Assembly (NCBI GenBank): GCA_963675755.2
Contig: CAXXMD010000003.1
Location: 2,080,001 to 2,144,000, forward strand
DNA length: 64,000 nt
Direction: 5' to 3'
Source of the DNA: a bacterium
GTDB taxonomy: Bacteria > Zhuqueibacterota > Zhuqueibacteria > Residuimicrobiales > Krinioviventaceae
The notes under the pieces were generated by a model that saw only the letters and a list, made by a program, of their open reading frames with translations, searched no databases and was not told the origin of the DNA. Below are positions 29,850 to 39,291 of this stretch, in pieces. The translations under genes and the position numbers were made by a program. The number at the start of each line of letters is the position of its first letter. The first letter of the stretch is position 1.

Positions 29850-31418
29850 TTATAAATTTTTATATCTTGAAACATCAATTTCATACTTGGAAATTTTATA
29901 ACCCATAATCCGCTCGGTTGTCTTTAGCAGTCGTGCCGCTTTGGCCCGGTTTCCGCGTGTGGTTTTCAATGTGTCCTGAATGATTTCTTTTTCATAGTTG
30001 GATATGGAATCATCCAGAGACAAGCGGGCAACGGTGCCGCTGCTTTCTGCGGTTTGCAATGTGGGTGGCAGATGATAACTGTGAATAACCTGATCATCGC
30101 AAACCAGAACCGCGCGTTCAACAACATTTTCCAGCTCACGGACGTTTCCCGGCCAATGGTACCGCATCAGCATGTCGATTGCGGGAGTTGAAATACGTTT
30201 GATGGATTTGCTTTGTTGTCTGCCGTATTTGAGCATAAAGTGGTCTGCCAAAAGCAGAATGTCTTCGTGTCTTTCTCTCAATGGAGGCAGGAATATTGAA
30301 AAGACATTAAGTCGATAATAAAGGTCTTCGCGAAATATATTGTCGTGCATCAGTTTCTCAAGGTCTGCATTGGTGGCAGCAATGACCCTCACGTCTACAC
30401 GAATGGTTTCGGTACCGCCCACGCGTTCAAATTCCTGCTCTTGAAGTACACGCAACAGTTTGACCTGAGTCATGGGGGTTAGATCACCAATTTCATCCAA
30501 AAAGATGGTGCCGCCGTCAGCCAGTTCGAATCGGCCTTTTTTACGGGCAACCGCACCGGTAAAAGCGCCTTTTTCGTATCCAAAGAATTCGGATTCTATC
30601 AGGTTCTCCGGTATAGCTGCGCAATTGACGCGGATGAAAGGTTTTTCGTTACGGAGCGAGTTGTAATGTATAGCTTGTGCAATAAGTTCTTTACCAGTAC
30701 CAGATTCACCACGGATCAATACGGTTGTATTTGCCCTGGCTACCTGTGTGACTTTTTCGTAAACGTCACGCATTTCGTGACTGGTACCGATTATATTTTG
30801 AAAGCTGTGTTCTTCCTGCAATTTCTGTTTCAGCATTACATTTTCATCAATCAGGCGTTGGCGCTCCTGTTCAATAACCCTGCGTAAACGGATGGGCTGA
30901 ACAAGTGCTGATGCGACAAGGATAAGGAATTTTGCTGTTTGATCATAATCCCTGCGGGGGGTATAGGGCAGGTTAACGATCAAAACGCCCAATGTACGGT
31001 AATCCAATTCAATGGGTACACCCACAAAAGACTGTTCGCGGTCTTTTTCAGGGTCCCAGGAGCTCATGCGGTTAAGGAACAGGGGTTCTTTGCTAACCTG
31101 GGGTACAATGATGGGCTTGCCGGTTTCTGCAACACGGCCTGTGAGTCCCTCGCCCAGTTTAAATTTGGTTTTGGCCAGTTCGGCACGATAGCCGATGGAT
31201 GTGGCCATGTCAAGAGTTGAATCATTTTCGTCTGTCAGAAATACAGCGCCAGATTTGATATTATATTTGTCTTCAAGAATTTGTAACGCTGCTTTTAGCC
31301 CCTGTTGGAGATCCAGGGTTCGTCCCAATGCCCGATTGATCTCAATCAGGATTGATAGTTTTTTGCTAAAAGAATCTGAAGATGTACTATTCTTTTTAGA
31401 ACGGGCCGATTCTGCCAT
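29850..31418 (-). CDS. NifA-like sigma54 enhancer-binding protein (GAF-AAA+-HTH)
   Basis: GAF region with GEGLTGRV; [27 protein letters not shown] and WPGNVREL motifs; Fis-type HTH. Confidence 0.92.
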   Translation of the reverse strand: MAESARSKKNSTSSDSFSKKLSILIEINRALGRTLDLQQGLKAALQILEDKYNIKSGAVFLTDENDSTLDMATSIGYRAELAKTKFKLGEGLTGRVAETGKPIIVPQVSKEPLFLNRMSSWDPEKDREQSFVGVPIELDYRTLGVLIVNLPYTPRRDYDQTAKFLILVASALVQPIRLRRVIEQERQRLIDENVMLKQKLQEEHSFQNIIGTSHEMRDVYEKVTQVARANTTVLIRGESGTGKELIAQAIHYNSLRNEKPFIRVNCAAIPENLIESEFFGYEKGAFTGAVARKKGRFELADGGTIFLDEIGDLTPMTQVKLLRVLQEQEFERVGGTETIRVDVRVIAATNADLEKLMHDNIFREDLYYRLNVFSIFLPPLRERHEDILLLADHFMLKYGRQQSKSIKRISTPAIDMLMRYHWPGNVRELENVVERAVLVCDDQVIHSYHLPPTLQTAESSGTVARLSLDDSISNYEKEIIQDTLKTTRGNRAKAARLLKTTERIMGYKISKYEIDVSRYKNL

Positions 31419-31444
31419 TTTTCAACTATGCTCCGGCTTATTTA

Positions 31445-31488
31445 TTACAATTTAGTAGGCTAAATTTTTATATGCTACAATTTTGTTG
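31445..31488. promoter_or_regulatory. paired CTAC-N6-GTAG-like boxes near the regulator start
   Basis: TTACAATTTAGTAG (31445) and CTACAATTTTGTTG (31475), 30 bp apart. Confidence 0.6.
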
Positions 31489-31702
31489 CTAATTTTGATA
31501 CAATATACAAAATCCACTTGAAAAAGCAAATAAAATAATGTTGAAATGTTATTAATTTGCAGAAAAGTGGCCTATTGTATAAAAGACATTATGCTAATAT
31601 GAAAACAATAAAGGGTGCAAGAAAATTCAGACGAAATAAAAAAGTATTGAGGCTTAAAGGGGTTTAAAAATTGGGTTTTGGTTGTAATAAAATGTAAGAT
31701 TT

Positions 31703-31746
31703 CTACATTTTTGTATGATGATAAAAATTTAGCTACTAAAATGTAG
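31703..31746. promoter_or_regulatory. paired CTAC-N6-GTAG-like boxes, candidate upstream activator sites for glnK-amtB
   Basis: CTACATTTTTGTAT (31703) and CTACTAAAATGTAG (31733), 30 bp apart, about 80 bp upstream of a -24/-12 element. Confidence 0.65.
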
Positions 31747-31824
31747 TAATTTGATTGTTGATCGCAAATTCAAAAACTTACCTAAATATATATTTTTGCT
31801 GTACTTGTGTGCGCCTTTAAAAGA

Positions 31825-31840
31825 TGGCACAAATGTTGAA
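31825..31840 (+). promoter_or_regulatory. sigma54 -24/-12 promoter (variant -12) for glnK-amtB
   Basis: TGGCACAAATGTTGAA: GG-N10-GA. Confidence 0.65.
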
Positions 31841-31882
31841 TAAGACAAAGTGAGTTTATAAAACTTAACATTGGAGGAGCTC

Positions 31883-32224
31883 ATGAAATTAGTTGTTGCT
31901 TATATTCAACCCGCTAAATTAAATGCGGTAAAGCAAGCGTTGTATGAACGCAAAATTTTTAAATTGTCTGTGACCAATGCTCTTGGTTGCGGACAGCAAA
32001 AAGGTTATCATGAAACCTATCGTGGTGCTGACATTGAGGTGAATTTATTGAAAAAAATCCGTCTAGAAATTGCTGTCAATGAAGAATTTGTGGAATCGAC
32101 AGTGGAAGGTATTATTGCGGGAGCTAAAACTGGAAACATTGGCGATGGAAAGATCTTTGTGATGTCGCTTGATGATTGTATTCGTATCCGCACCGGTGAA
32201 ACCGGACACGATGCCATTGGTTAG
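31883..32224 (+). CDS. glnK: P-II nitrogen regulatory protein
   Basis: G.GQQKG...[15 protein letters not shown] and IRIRTGE motifs; directly upstream of amt; GGAGGAG RBS. Confidence 0.93.
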   Translation: MKLVVAYIQPAKLNAVKQALYERKIFKLSVTNALGCGQQKGYHETYRGADIEVNLLKKIRLEIAVNEEFVESTVEGIIAGAKTGNIGDGKIFVMSLDDCIRIRTGETGHDAIG

Positions 32225-32260
32225 CAGAAATTATGAACTGATTGTAAAGGGAGATTTATA

Positions 32261-33619
32261 ATGAGAAAAAAGTTGCTTCTATTTTATGTGTTACTTGTGA
32301 TGGCTATGTTGACTGTGCCGGCTTTTTCACAAGATGCTGCTGCATCTGGTGAGACAGCGGATGCGGTTGCCGCACTTGAAGAAAGTATGCAAAACAACCT
32401 GAATATCGTTTGGACTGCCGTTGCGGCCTTTATGGTATTCTTTATGCAGGCCGGGTTCGCCATGGTTGAAGCCGGATTTACACGAGCCAAAAATGCCATA
32501 AATATCATGATGAAAAATTTGATGGATTTTTCAATCGGTACGCTGGCCTTTTTTCTGGTTGGTTTTGGCTTGATGTTTGGTGTTACCAATGGTTTTTTTG
32601 GAACAACCAATTTTCTCCTGCTGGGAACTGATCCCATGAGTAAGGACTGGAATTGGACATTTCTGATCTTTCAGACCGTATTCGCCGGTACGGCTGCTAC
32701 CATTGTTTCTGGCGCCATGGCGGAACGGACAAAATTTACCAGTTATTTGATTTATAGTGTTTTTATTTGTGCAATTATTTACCCGATTTTTGGTTCATGG
32801 GCCTGGGGCTCGTTACTGGATGGTAGCGGCTGGTTAGAAAACCTTGGTTTCCAGGATTTTGCAGGCTCTACAGTAGTTCACTCTATTGGTGGATGGTTGG
32901 CACTTGCTGGTGCTATAGTTCTTGGACCCAGAATTGGTAAATACGGCCCGGATGGTTCAGCAAAAGCTATTCCTGGTCATAACATCACTTTGGCTGCTTT
33001 GGGTGTATTTATTCTCTGGTTTGGTTGGTTTGGTTTTAACCCTGGTAGTACCACATTTGGTGATGGAGACATTGGTCGTATTGCTGTAACTACAAACCTT
33101 TCAGCTGCAGCAGGTGCTGTGCTGGCAATGTTTACTTCATGGATCATTGACAAAAAACCAGATGCCTCAATGGCATTGAATGGTGCCCTGGCAGGATTGG
33201 TTGCAATTACTGCTCCTTGTGCTACAGTTACACCAATTGCATCCGTTATCATTGGTGCAATTGCAGGTGTCCTGGTTGTTGTCAGTGTTCTGTTTATTGA
33301 TAAAGTTCTTAAAGTTGATGATCCTGTTGGTGCTGTCAGTGTTCACGGTGTTAATGGTGCTTTTGGTACCCTGGCAATTGGATTGTTCAATGCAGATGGT
33401 GGCCTGTTCTACGGTGGCGGTTTCAAACTTTTAGGAATTCAGGCGCTTGGTGTTCTTGTAGGATTTGTTTGGGCTTTTGGACTGGGTTTGATTTTGTTCT
33501 GGACCATTAAAAAGACTGTTGGAATTCGCGTTAGTGAAGAAGAAGAACTTCGCGGTCTGGATATTGGCGAACACGGTATGGAAGCTTATAGTGGATTTCA
33601 GATTTTTACTACCCAATAA
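32261..33619 (+). CDS. amtB: ammonium transporter
   Basis: FMQAGF, SGAMAER, DFAGSTVVH, WFGWFGFN and DDPVGAVSVH motifs; both pore His residues retained. Confidence 0.96.
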   Translation: MRKKLLLFYVLLVMAMLTVPAFSQDAAASGETADAVAALEESMQNNLNIVWTAVAAFMVFFMQAGFAMVEAGFTRAKNAINIMMKNLMDFSIGTLAFFLVGFGLMFGVTNGFFGTTNFLLLGTDPMSKDWNWTFLIFQTVFAGTAATIVSGAMAERTKFTSYLIYSVFICAIIYPIFGSWAWGSLLDGSGWLENLGFQDFAGSTVVHSIGGWLALAGAIVLGPRIGKYGPDGSAKAIPGHNITLAALGVFILWFGWFGFNPGSTTFGDGDIGRIAVTTNLSAAAGAVLAMFTSWIIDKKPDASMALNGALAGLVAITAPCATVTPIASVIIGAIAGVLVVVSVLFIDKVLKVDDPVGAVSVHGVNGAFGTLAIGLFNADGGLFYGGGFKLLGIQALGVLVGFVWAFGLGLILFWTIKKTVGIRVSEEEELRGLDIGEHGMEAYSGFQIFTTQ

Positions 33620-33666
33620 AAATAACTCGCAGATTGCAAAACCTCCGTTCTATCTGATCCAAATAG

Positions 33667-33697
33667 AAACCCCCGCCGGTCAGGGCGGGGGTTTTTT
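33667..33697 (+). terminator. intrinsic terminator after amtB
   Basis: AAACCCCCGCC...GGCGGGGGTTTTTT. Confidence 0.88.
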
Positions 33698-33705
33698 GTA
33701 TTTAT

Positions 33706-33830
33706 ACCTTGATTTAACCCAGATTAAAAAGATTAGACCTTGATTGAAAGAACTACCTTGATTAGAAGGATTAGAGGATTGCCCTGATTTAACCCTGATT
33801 AAAAGGATTAGCGGATTACCTTGATTTGAT
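33706..33830 (+). repeat. GATT ladder repeat
   Basis: GATT at 33711, 33722, 33731, 33742, 33760, 33769, 33777, 33786, 33797, 33806, 33814 and 33823. Confidence 0.85.
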
Positions 33831-33991
33831 CTGTTTGCAATTTTAAAACAGTTGATTTTTCTCAAAAAATTGTGTGACCTGGGGATGTCGATTTTTTATA
33901 GTGGATAAAATTACAAACATATTGCATACCTGACGGTGTGTGTATATTTGGATTTTACGTTTCTCTCTAGATATATCGTCCCTAATGGGAT

Positions 33992-34250
33992 AGCATGTGT
34001 GAAAACTAGAAAACAATTGTGTTTTTGGAGTGCATCGCGTTTATGCGATGCATCGGACCAATGGTCCGACATAAATTTGGCTTTTTAAACAATTATCAAG
34101 TAATTCGAGTGTTTTTTTGATTCAATATTTTCTTGAAAATATAGTTATATCAAGGCCGTCTGCGACGGCCCGAATGCCTTAAAGTGATGCACTCCACACC
34201 ATTTTGACATTTTTCAAGCTCAATAAAATTAATCTATTTTCATACAGGCT
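33992..34250. mobile_element. MITE-like element, copy 2 (inverted relative to copy 1)
   Basis: AGCATGTGTGAAAA / TTTTCATACAGGCT ends; GGAGTGC at 34027, TCGGACCAATGGTCCGA, GGCCGTC-TGC-GACGGCC at 34154, GCACTCCACACCATT at 34189. Confidence 0.7.
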
Positions 34251-34526
34251 GGGTATTTTAGGTTGAATGTTCTTTCGTTGGTATTGTATGTGTTAGAGAC
34301 GATTGGTTGTGCAAAGACCCCGTCAGGGGGCTGGTTGTTGTAGCAATGAACAAGTCAATGTTTTTTTCGTGTACCGTCTGGTGCGCTATCTGATAGAATA
34401 TTCGGATGGCATTTGAGCTAAAAGTGGTGGTCTCCGATACGTAAAAAATCATTCTCCTCGGGAACCCATTCCTGCTGTTTGGCGTTAGAGTTATTATTTC
34501 AAATTAAATTCAAAAAAGGGGTGTTT

Positions 34527-35369
34527 TTGAAAAAGGGGCTGCTTCTTTTATTGTTATTGTCCGGGTTTTCCTGTTCTCTTGATCCGGTTGTTCTCGATCC
34601 CGAAATTCGCGGGGATTATTTTGCGTATTGCACCTTGTCTCCAACGTATCCGTACCAGCAGGTGATCGTTGGCAAAACGTTCCCGGAAGATTATCCCGAG
34701 TATTATGACGACGCGCGGGTAGTGATTCGGTATAACGATCAAGCTGTTTCGTTTGAATCTGTAGGTGATGGAAAGTACCGGGATTTGAATGAACAGATAA
34801 AGGTGCTGCCTGAAACGGATTATGACCTTGAAGTGAAATTCAGCAGCGGCAATGTTTTGACCGCCCAAACACATGTGCCCGGGGCTTTTAATATTCATGT
34901 TTCAGATGGCGATACATTGAACCATTTTCTGTCGAGGGCCCATGACCCTTTAAAAAGTACCAGGATAGCCTGGAGTGAAAGCCGAAATTGTTATTATTAT
35001 ACCTGTATGTTTACATATATTGAATCAGATAAATTTTGGTCTTATAAAGTAGATTCATTTAGACAAAGTATATATTTACCATCATTGGGTTACAGATATG
35101 GTGAGACGCTATATGGTCATCATGTCGAATCCGCAACTTTATTCGTAGTGGCCAGAGATTCTTCCTTTGTTTTCAGACCTCAGGCAATGCGCCCCAATGA
35201 ACTGTATCAAGATTTTTTGCTTGAAGAAGAGCATCGTGATGCCAGGTATTTTGATTCTAAATATGAAAAAATGCACTTTCAGGGCGGTATGGGTGTATTT
35301 AATGCTGTTGCTATGGATTCGGTACGAATATTTTTAGCTATTGACGCGGATTGGGGGTTGCCGCAATGA
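34527..35369 (+). CDS. DUF4249-like lipoprotein
   Basis: TTG start, MKKGLLLLLLLSGFSC lipobox; G.Y...Y.LEV....TA.T.VP; C-terminal GGMGVF; adjacent to a TonB receptor. Confidence 0.7.
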   Translation: MKKGLLLLLLLSGFSCSLDPVVLDPEIRGDYFAYCTLSPTYPYQQVIVGKTFPEDYPEYYDDARVVIRYNDQAVSFESVGDGKYRDLNEQIKVLPETDYDLEVKFSSGNVLTAQTHVPGAFNIHVSDGDTLNHFLSRAHDPLKSTRIAWSESRNCYYYTCMFTYIESDKFWSYKVDSFRQSIYLPSLGYRYGETLYGHHVESATLFVVARDSSFVFRPQAMRPNELYQDFLLEEEHRDARYFDSKYEKMHFQGGMGVFNAVAMDSVRIFLAIDADWGLPQ

Positions 35370-37789
35370 ATAAAGTGCCTGGTCGTTTAATATTGCTTAT
35401 TTCCTTTATTGTCTTTTCCGGTAATGTATATAGTGCTGTTGTGTCAGGAAAAGTTTATGATCACAAATCCGGCAAAGTGCTTTCAGGTGCAAATATATCT
35501 TTACAGCATTCGCAGGCAGGTACAGTTACAAACAGTGCAGGCAAGTTTAGTCTGACTGTCAAAGTTGTGGATACGCTCTGTGTCTCGTTTATGGGGTATA
35601 AAAGCGAATGTGTTGATTTGGCTCATGTGGCAGATTTGCGTAATATCAAAATCCGTTTAGAACCGGTGGTAATTGAAATGCCTGAAGTAGGTATAACCCG
35701 CGAGCGCCTTGGCGTTGAGCGTCGAATGGTCCGTATGGACCCGTCTATACGCGTCATAGATGCGGAAGCACTGCAATACCAACCGGCAATGGTCTTCCCT
35801 GATCTGTTTCGACTTTTGCAGCGCACACCGGGGGTGTCTTTTTCAAGCGAGGCGTCACCGCAATTGAGCGTGCGTGGCGGCAATACTGACCAGAACCTGG
35901 TGCTGCTCGATGGCGCACCCATTTATTATCCCTATCACTTTATGGGACTAGCAACCAGTTTCAATATGGATATGATAGATAATATTTATTTTTCTCTGGG
36001 CGGATTTTCGACCGCATACGGCAATCGCACCAGTTCGGTGCTCTCTATTCAATCGAAAACCCCCGGCAAAACGTTTAAAACACGCGCCAATCTCAATCTC
36101 ACCGGCGGGGATATAACTACCGGCGGAACGATTGGTAATAAATGGGCATGGCTGGCTTCGGGGCGGCTGGGTTCGCTCATGCTGCTAGGCTCAATGATCG
36201 ATGTGGGTATGCCTTCGGCCTATATGGACGGCTTGTTCAAGCTGGAATATTTTCCCGCGGATAACCAGATTGTGCGGTTTCTGTTGTTCGGTAATTCGGA
36301 CGGTATTGTGCAGTGGAGTGATGCCAACCATATGCTTTCCTCGTCTATTGACGACGATAGTAAAAAAGTGTACAAGAGAAGCAGTCTGGATTTAACCTGG
36401 GGGAATTGGGTTGGGTCGCTGTCATGGGAGAATAAATTAAATAAAGATATGCACCTAAAGACACAGTCCTGGCTGAGTGTGTATAACAATTCGTTCAACA
36501 ATTCCATTGACCCCCAATTACCGGATGATCTGGAACCCAAATTTAATGGAAGCAAATCAGAGTTTTTAAGCGGGATAGCAAAGGAGCGAGCAGAGATCGA
36601 AAACGATGTCAGGAACCGGTTTTATGATTTGACAGCCAAAACAGATATGGATTGGTCCATTTCCGAAAATCTGTTAATCAGGGGTGGTGTGGGTACCTCA
36701 CGTTTTATTACCAGGTATCATTGGTCCACCTATAGAAAAGAACTGCAAGAGCGGTTCAACCTGTTTTTCGATTACGCTCCACAAGACGGGTTTGACTGGG
36801 ACAAATCCTTTTATCAGCAATTTGGATACGCGGAAAACGAATGGCAAATATCAGATGAATTGCGCCTGCGGACCGGATTGCGAGCAGACAATTGGAGTTT
36901 TAATGACGGCGTGGTTTTGCAGCCAAGGGCCAGTGCAAGTTACCGGTTTTCTGATAATACACGCATGACACTGGCCGGAGGACGTTACGCGCAAGGTGTG
37001 TCTGCTGCGCTTGAAGAGGGGCTGGTGCAGTTTCTGGAATTGTACTTTCCGGTAGATGCCGGCAATTCGGTAGAGATATCGGACCAGGTTATAGCCGAGT
37101 TTTCCACAAAGTTCAAGGGGGTGGATGTTTCGTTTTCCGCGTATAACAAAACGATGAGCGGTTTGCTAAAGTCTGTCTATGGTGAGCAGCTTACCTTTGA
37201 TCAGGCGACGGGGCGCTCGCGGGGAGTTGAGGCGATGATAAGCACCAAGCTTGGCGGGTGGTCAGGTTGGGCCAGCTATGCCCTGAACCGCAGTGAGCGA
37301 GAATACGGGGGAATGACGTATCCTTCGCATACCGAGCAGCAGCATCGGGTTCAGGCCAGTCTGTCTAAGATATTCAAACGCGGTTACATGCTGTCGCTGT
37401 TCTGGGAAATACACAGTGGCCAGCCTTATAATCCCGGTGTGATATATGGGCTTAGGCCATTATGGGATGTTTACAGTTTGTCGCGTCCCCATAATCCTCA
37501 TGTGGGGCGTGAATTTCCATACGAAATGGATGTGCCGCCGGGTAGCATTCGCTATCCCTGGTACCATAGACTGGATATAAGTTTTGCCAAAGTGCTGAAT
37601 TTTAATGGAGCAACTGTAGCGCCGTTTTTCTCGGTTTACAATGCCTATTATCGCAAGAATGTGCTCTATTATGGTCCGCCGTTCCCGGATTTTGAGCTCA
37701 AGGATGGTGAATGGGTGAATCCCCACATTCACCGGGAGGTGACCTCCATGAGAATCGTACCAACGGCAGGTATCCGCTTTCAGTTTTAG
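35366..37789 (+). CDS. TonB-dependent receptor with carboxypeptidase-regulatory-like N-terminal domain
   Basis: SG.V.D..SG..L.GANI; plug motif SVRGG.DQNLVLLDG; YHRLD; C-terminal Phe (RFQF). Confidence 0.9.
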   Translation: MNKVPGRLILLISFIVFSGNVYSAVVSGKVYDHKSGKVLSGANISLQHSQAGTVTNSAGKFSLTVKVVDTLCVSFMGYKSECVDLAHVADLRNIKIRLEPVVIEMPEVGITRERLGVERRMVRMDPSIRVIDAEALQYQPAMVFPDLFRLLQRTPGVSFSSEASPQLSVRGGNTDQNLVLLDGAPIYYPYHFMGLATSFNMDMIDNIYFSLGGFSTAYGNRTSSVLSIQSKTPGKTFKTRANLNLTGGDITTGGTIGNKWAWLASGRLGSLMLLGSMIDVGMPSAYMDGLFKLEYFPADNQIVRFLLFGNSDGIVQWSDANHMLSSSIDDDSKKVYKRSSLDLTWGNWVGSLSWENKLNKDMHLKTQSWLSVYNNSFNNSIDPQLPDDLEPKFNGSKSEFLSGIAKERAEIENDVRNRFYDLTAKTDMDWSISENLLIRGGVGTSRFITRYHWSTYRKELQERFNLFFDYAPQDGFDWDKSFYQQFGYAENEWQISDELRLRTGLRADNWSFNDGVVLQPRASASYRFSDNTRMTLAGGRYAQGVSAALEEGLVQFLELYFPVDAGNSVEISDQVIAEFSTKFKGVDVSFSAYNKTMSGLLKSVYGEQLTFDQATGRSRGVEAMISTKLGGWSGWASYALNRSEREYGGMTYPSHTEQQHRVQASLSKIFKRGYMLSLFWEIHSGQPYNPGVIYGLRPLWDVYSLSRPHNPHVGREFPYEMDVPPGSIRYPWYHRLDISFAKVLNFNGATVAPFFSVYNAYYRKNVLYYGPPFPDFELKDGEWVNPHIHREVTSMRIVPTAGIRFQF

Positions 37790-38006
37790 AACATTTTTGT
37801 AGGGCATCATAGGGGGTAGCTACGTTTTTGTAGGTATTCATGATATAGCATCCAAGTTACCCAATATTAGCCCTGTAATGCTGAATATCTGCATTCATTC
37901 CTGTACATAGTGGGAATAATGTACGTTTATTTTAGTTTTATATAGATAAATATAAGAAAATCCACACGAACCTTACAAAATCTGCATCCGAGAAAACCCC
38001 CGATTC

Positions 38007-38049
38007 GTTCATTTTTGTTGTTTTTTATTGGAATCATACAATATTGTTG
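38007..38049. promoter_or_regulatory. paired boxes resembling the glnK upstream motif
   Basis: GTTCATTTTTGTTG (38007) and ATACAATATTGTTG (38036), 29 bp apart. Confidence 0.5.
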
Positions 38050-38175
38050 CAAAACAGTGTAATTTGGGAAAAGTGGTGGAAAATTTTATTTTGGAGAGCT
38101 TGTCTCAAATGCTTTAAAAACAGTGCCTTGCGGAAAAGTTTATTTTCTATGAGATGAGGTTCTAATCCGTTTTTA

Positions 38176-38190
38176 TGGCACAGCCTTTGC
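38176..38190 (+). promoter_or_regulatory. sigma54 -24/-12 promoter
   Basis: TGGCACAGCCTTTGC, canonical GG-N10-GC. Confidence 0.82.
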
Positions 38191-38262
38191 CAAAGGTAGG
38201 GTAAAGGCCGGCGAAAAATAGTTGATTTAAACACAACGAAATAGCCTTGAAAAGGAGGAGTC

Positions 38263-38958
38263 ATGAAACGGAACGTTACAAAAACATCGATCATTGGTAT
38301 TGTACTTTTATTGCTCATGTCAGCAAGTGTGGTTTCTGCAGCGGTAGAGTTTTCCGGTGATGCAACAATGGTTACCACATATGTATGGCGTGGAGTAAAA
38401 CAATACAGTGGTCCGGCAATGCAAGGTACCGCCGGTTTCAGTGCTGGTGCAGTTTCTTTTGGATTATGGTGCTCTAGTGTAGCTTTTGGCGACATTGAAG
38501 TTGAATCAGATCCTTATATTGAAATCGCTTTACCTACCGGTTCTGTATCTACATCAATTGGTGCTACCATTTACACCTATGATTTTTTTGACACATTCAA
38601 TGATGATGCCGATATGGAATATGAAATCTTTGGTACAGTTGGTTATGGTGCTGTTGGTTTATCCGCTTATTTTGTACCCAGTCAGGGAAGTACCGAGAAC
38701 AATTTGAATGAATCTGATTACTGGGTAGAAGTATCTGGTGAAACCTCTCTGATGGGAGCAGATTTGAGTGCAGTATTTGGTTATGGAACCTATTCCAGCA
38801 AATGGCTGGCAACACCCAAAGAAGACGCTGTAAGTACACTTGCTCTGACTGCCGGAAAAGCAGTATCTGATGATATCTCTGTAAGCTGGACTTATTCTCT
38901 TGGTCTGGATGATGATATGGAAAATATTCTGTGGATGGGATTCTCTTACGGTTTTTAA
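38263..38958 (+). CDS. TorF / Gcw_chp-like putative outer-membrane porin
   Basis: Signal peptide; YVWRGVKQ..GPAMQG, GLW.S and E.D.Y motifs; C-terminal aromatic residue (SYGF); nitrogen-gene context. Confidence 0.75.
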   Translation: MKRNVTKTSIIGIVLLLLMSASVVSAAVEFSGDATMVTTYVWRGVKQYSGPAMQGTAGFSAGAVSFGLWCSSVAFGDIEVESDPYIEIALPTGSVSTSIGATIYTYDFFDTFNDDADMEYEIFGTVGYGAVGLSAYFVPSQGSTENNLNESDYWVEVSGETSLMGADLSAVFGYGTYSSKWLATPKEDAVSTLALTAGKAVSDDISVSWTYSLGLDDDMENILWMGFSYGF

Positions 38959-39167
38959 GATCGTGAATCCTGGCACGCGATGATTTTTGTGCCTGGCCTG
39001 GATATTGGATATTGCTTAAATGTGGACTTGACGGGGTCACACTTGGTCAATACAGGACAGGCACTCTTTTTAAAGAAATCCCCGTCATATGTTCTTTGGT
39101 TTTAGACAATATATTTAAGATACATAATGCATGTTTTACTTTTCTTCAACTATTCCTTATTCTCCTG

Positions 39168-39205
39168 ATCAGGGGGCCCTTAACGGGCCCCTTGATACTT
39201 TTTTT
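39168..39205 (+). terminator. intrinsic terminator about 87 nt upstream of the GS III start
   Basis: ATCAGGGGGCCC-TTAAC-GGGCCCCTTGAT-AC-T7. Confidence 0.8.
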
Positions 39206-39291
39206 AGAAAGGCAAAAAACGCGGCATGTATGAAAATATTGTAATATAGATAATTCATTAAATCCCCGTCATTTTACTAATAGGAGTTATT

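Noticed and set aside
29850-31418. Naming the regulator nifA and inferring nitrogen fixation
   Set aside because: No nif genes in the window, and I found no clear TGT-N10-ACA site (the nearest is TGT-N9-ACA at 31693).
33519-33865. Short ORFs 33519..33743 and 33680..33865
   Set aside because: They are translations of the amtB tail, the terminator and the GATT repeats.
28719-34250. Active composite transposon
   Set aside because: No transposase, the copies are diverged, and there is no clear target-site duplication.
38971-38985. sigma54 promoter TGGCACG upstream of glnA
   Set aside because: The -12 position reads GATT rather than TTGC. It is better explained as one arm of a GGCAC...GTGCC hairpin after the porin stop.
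38034-39233. ORFs 38034..38495, 38597..39040 and 39012..39233
   Set aside because: They are antisense shadows of the porin gene or cross a terminator, with no RBS or recognisable motifs.
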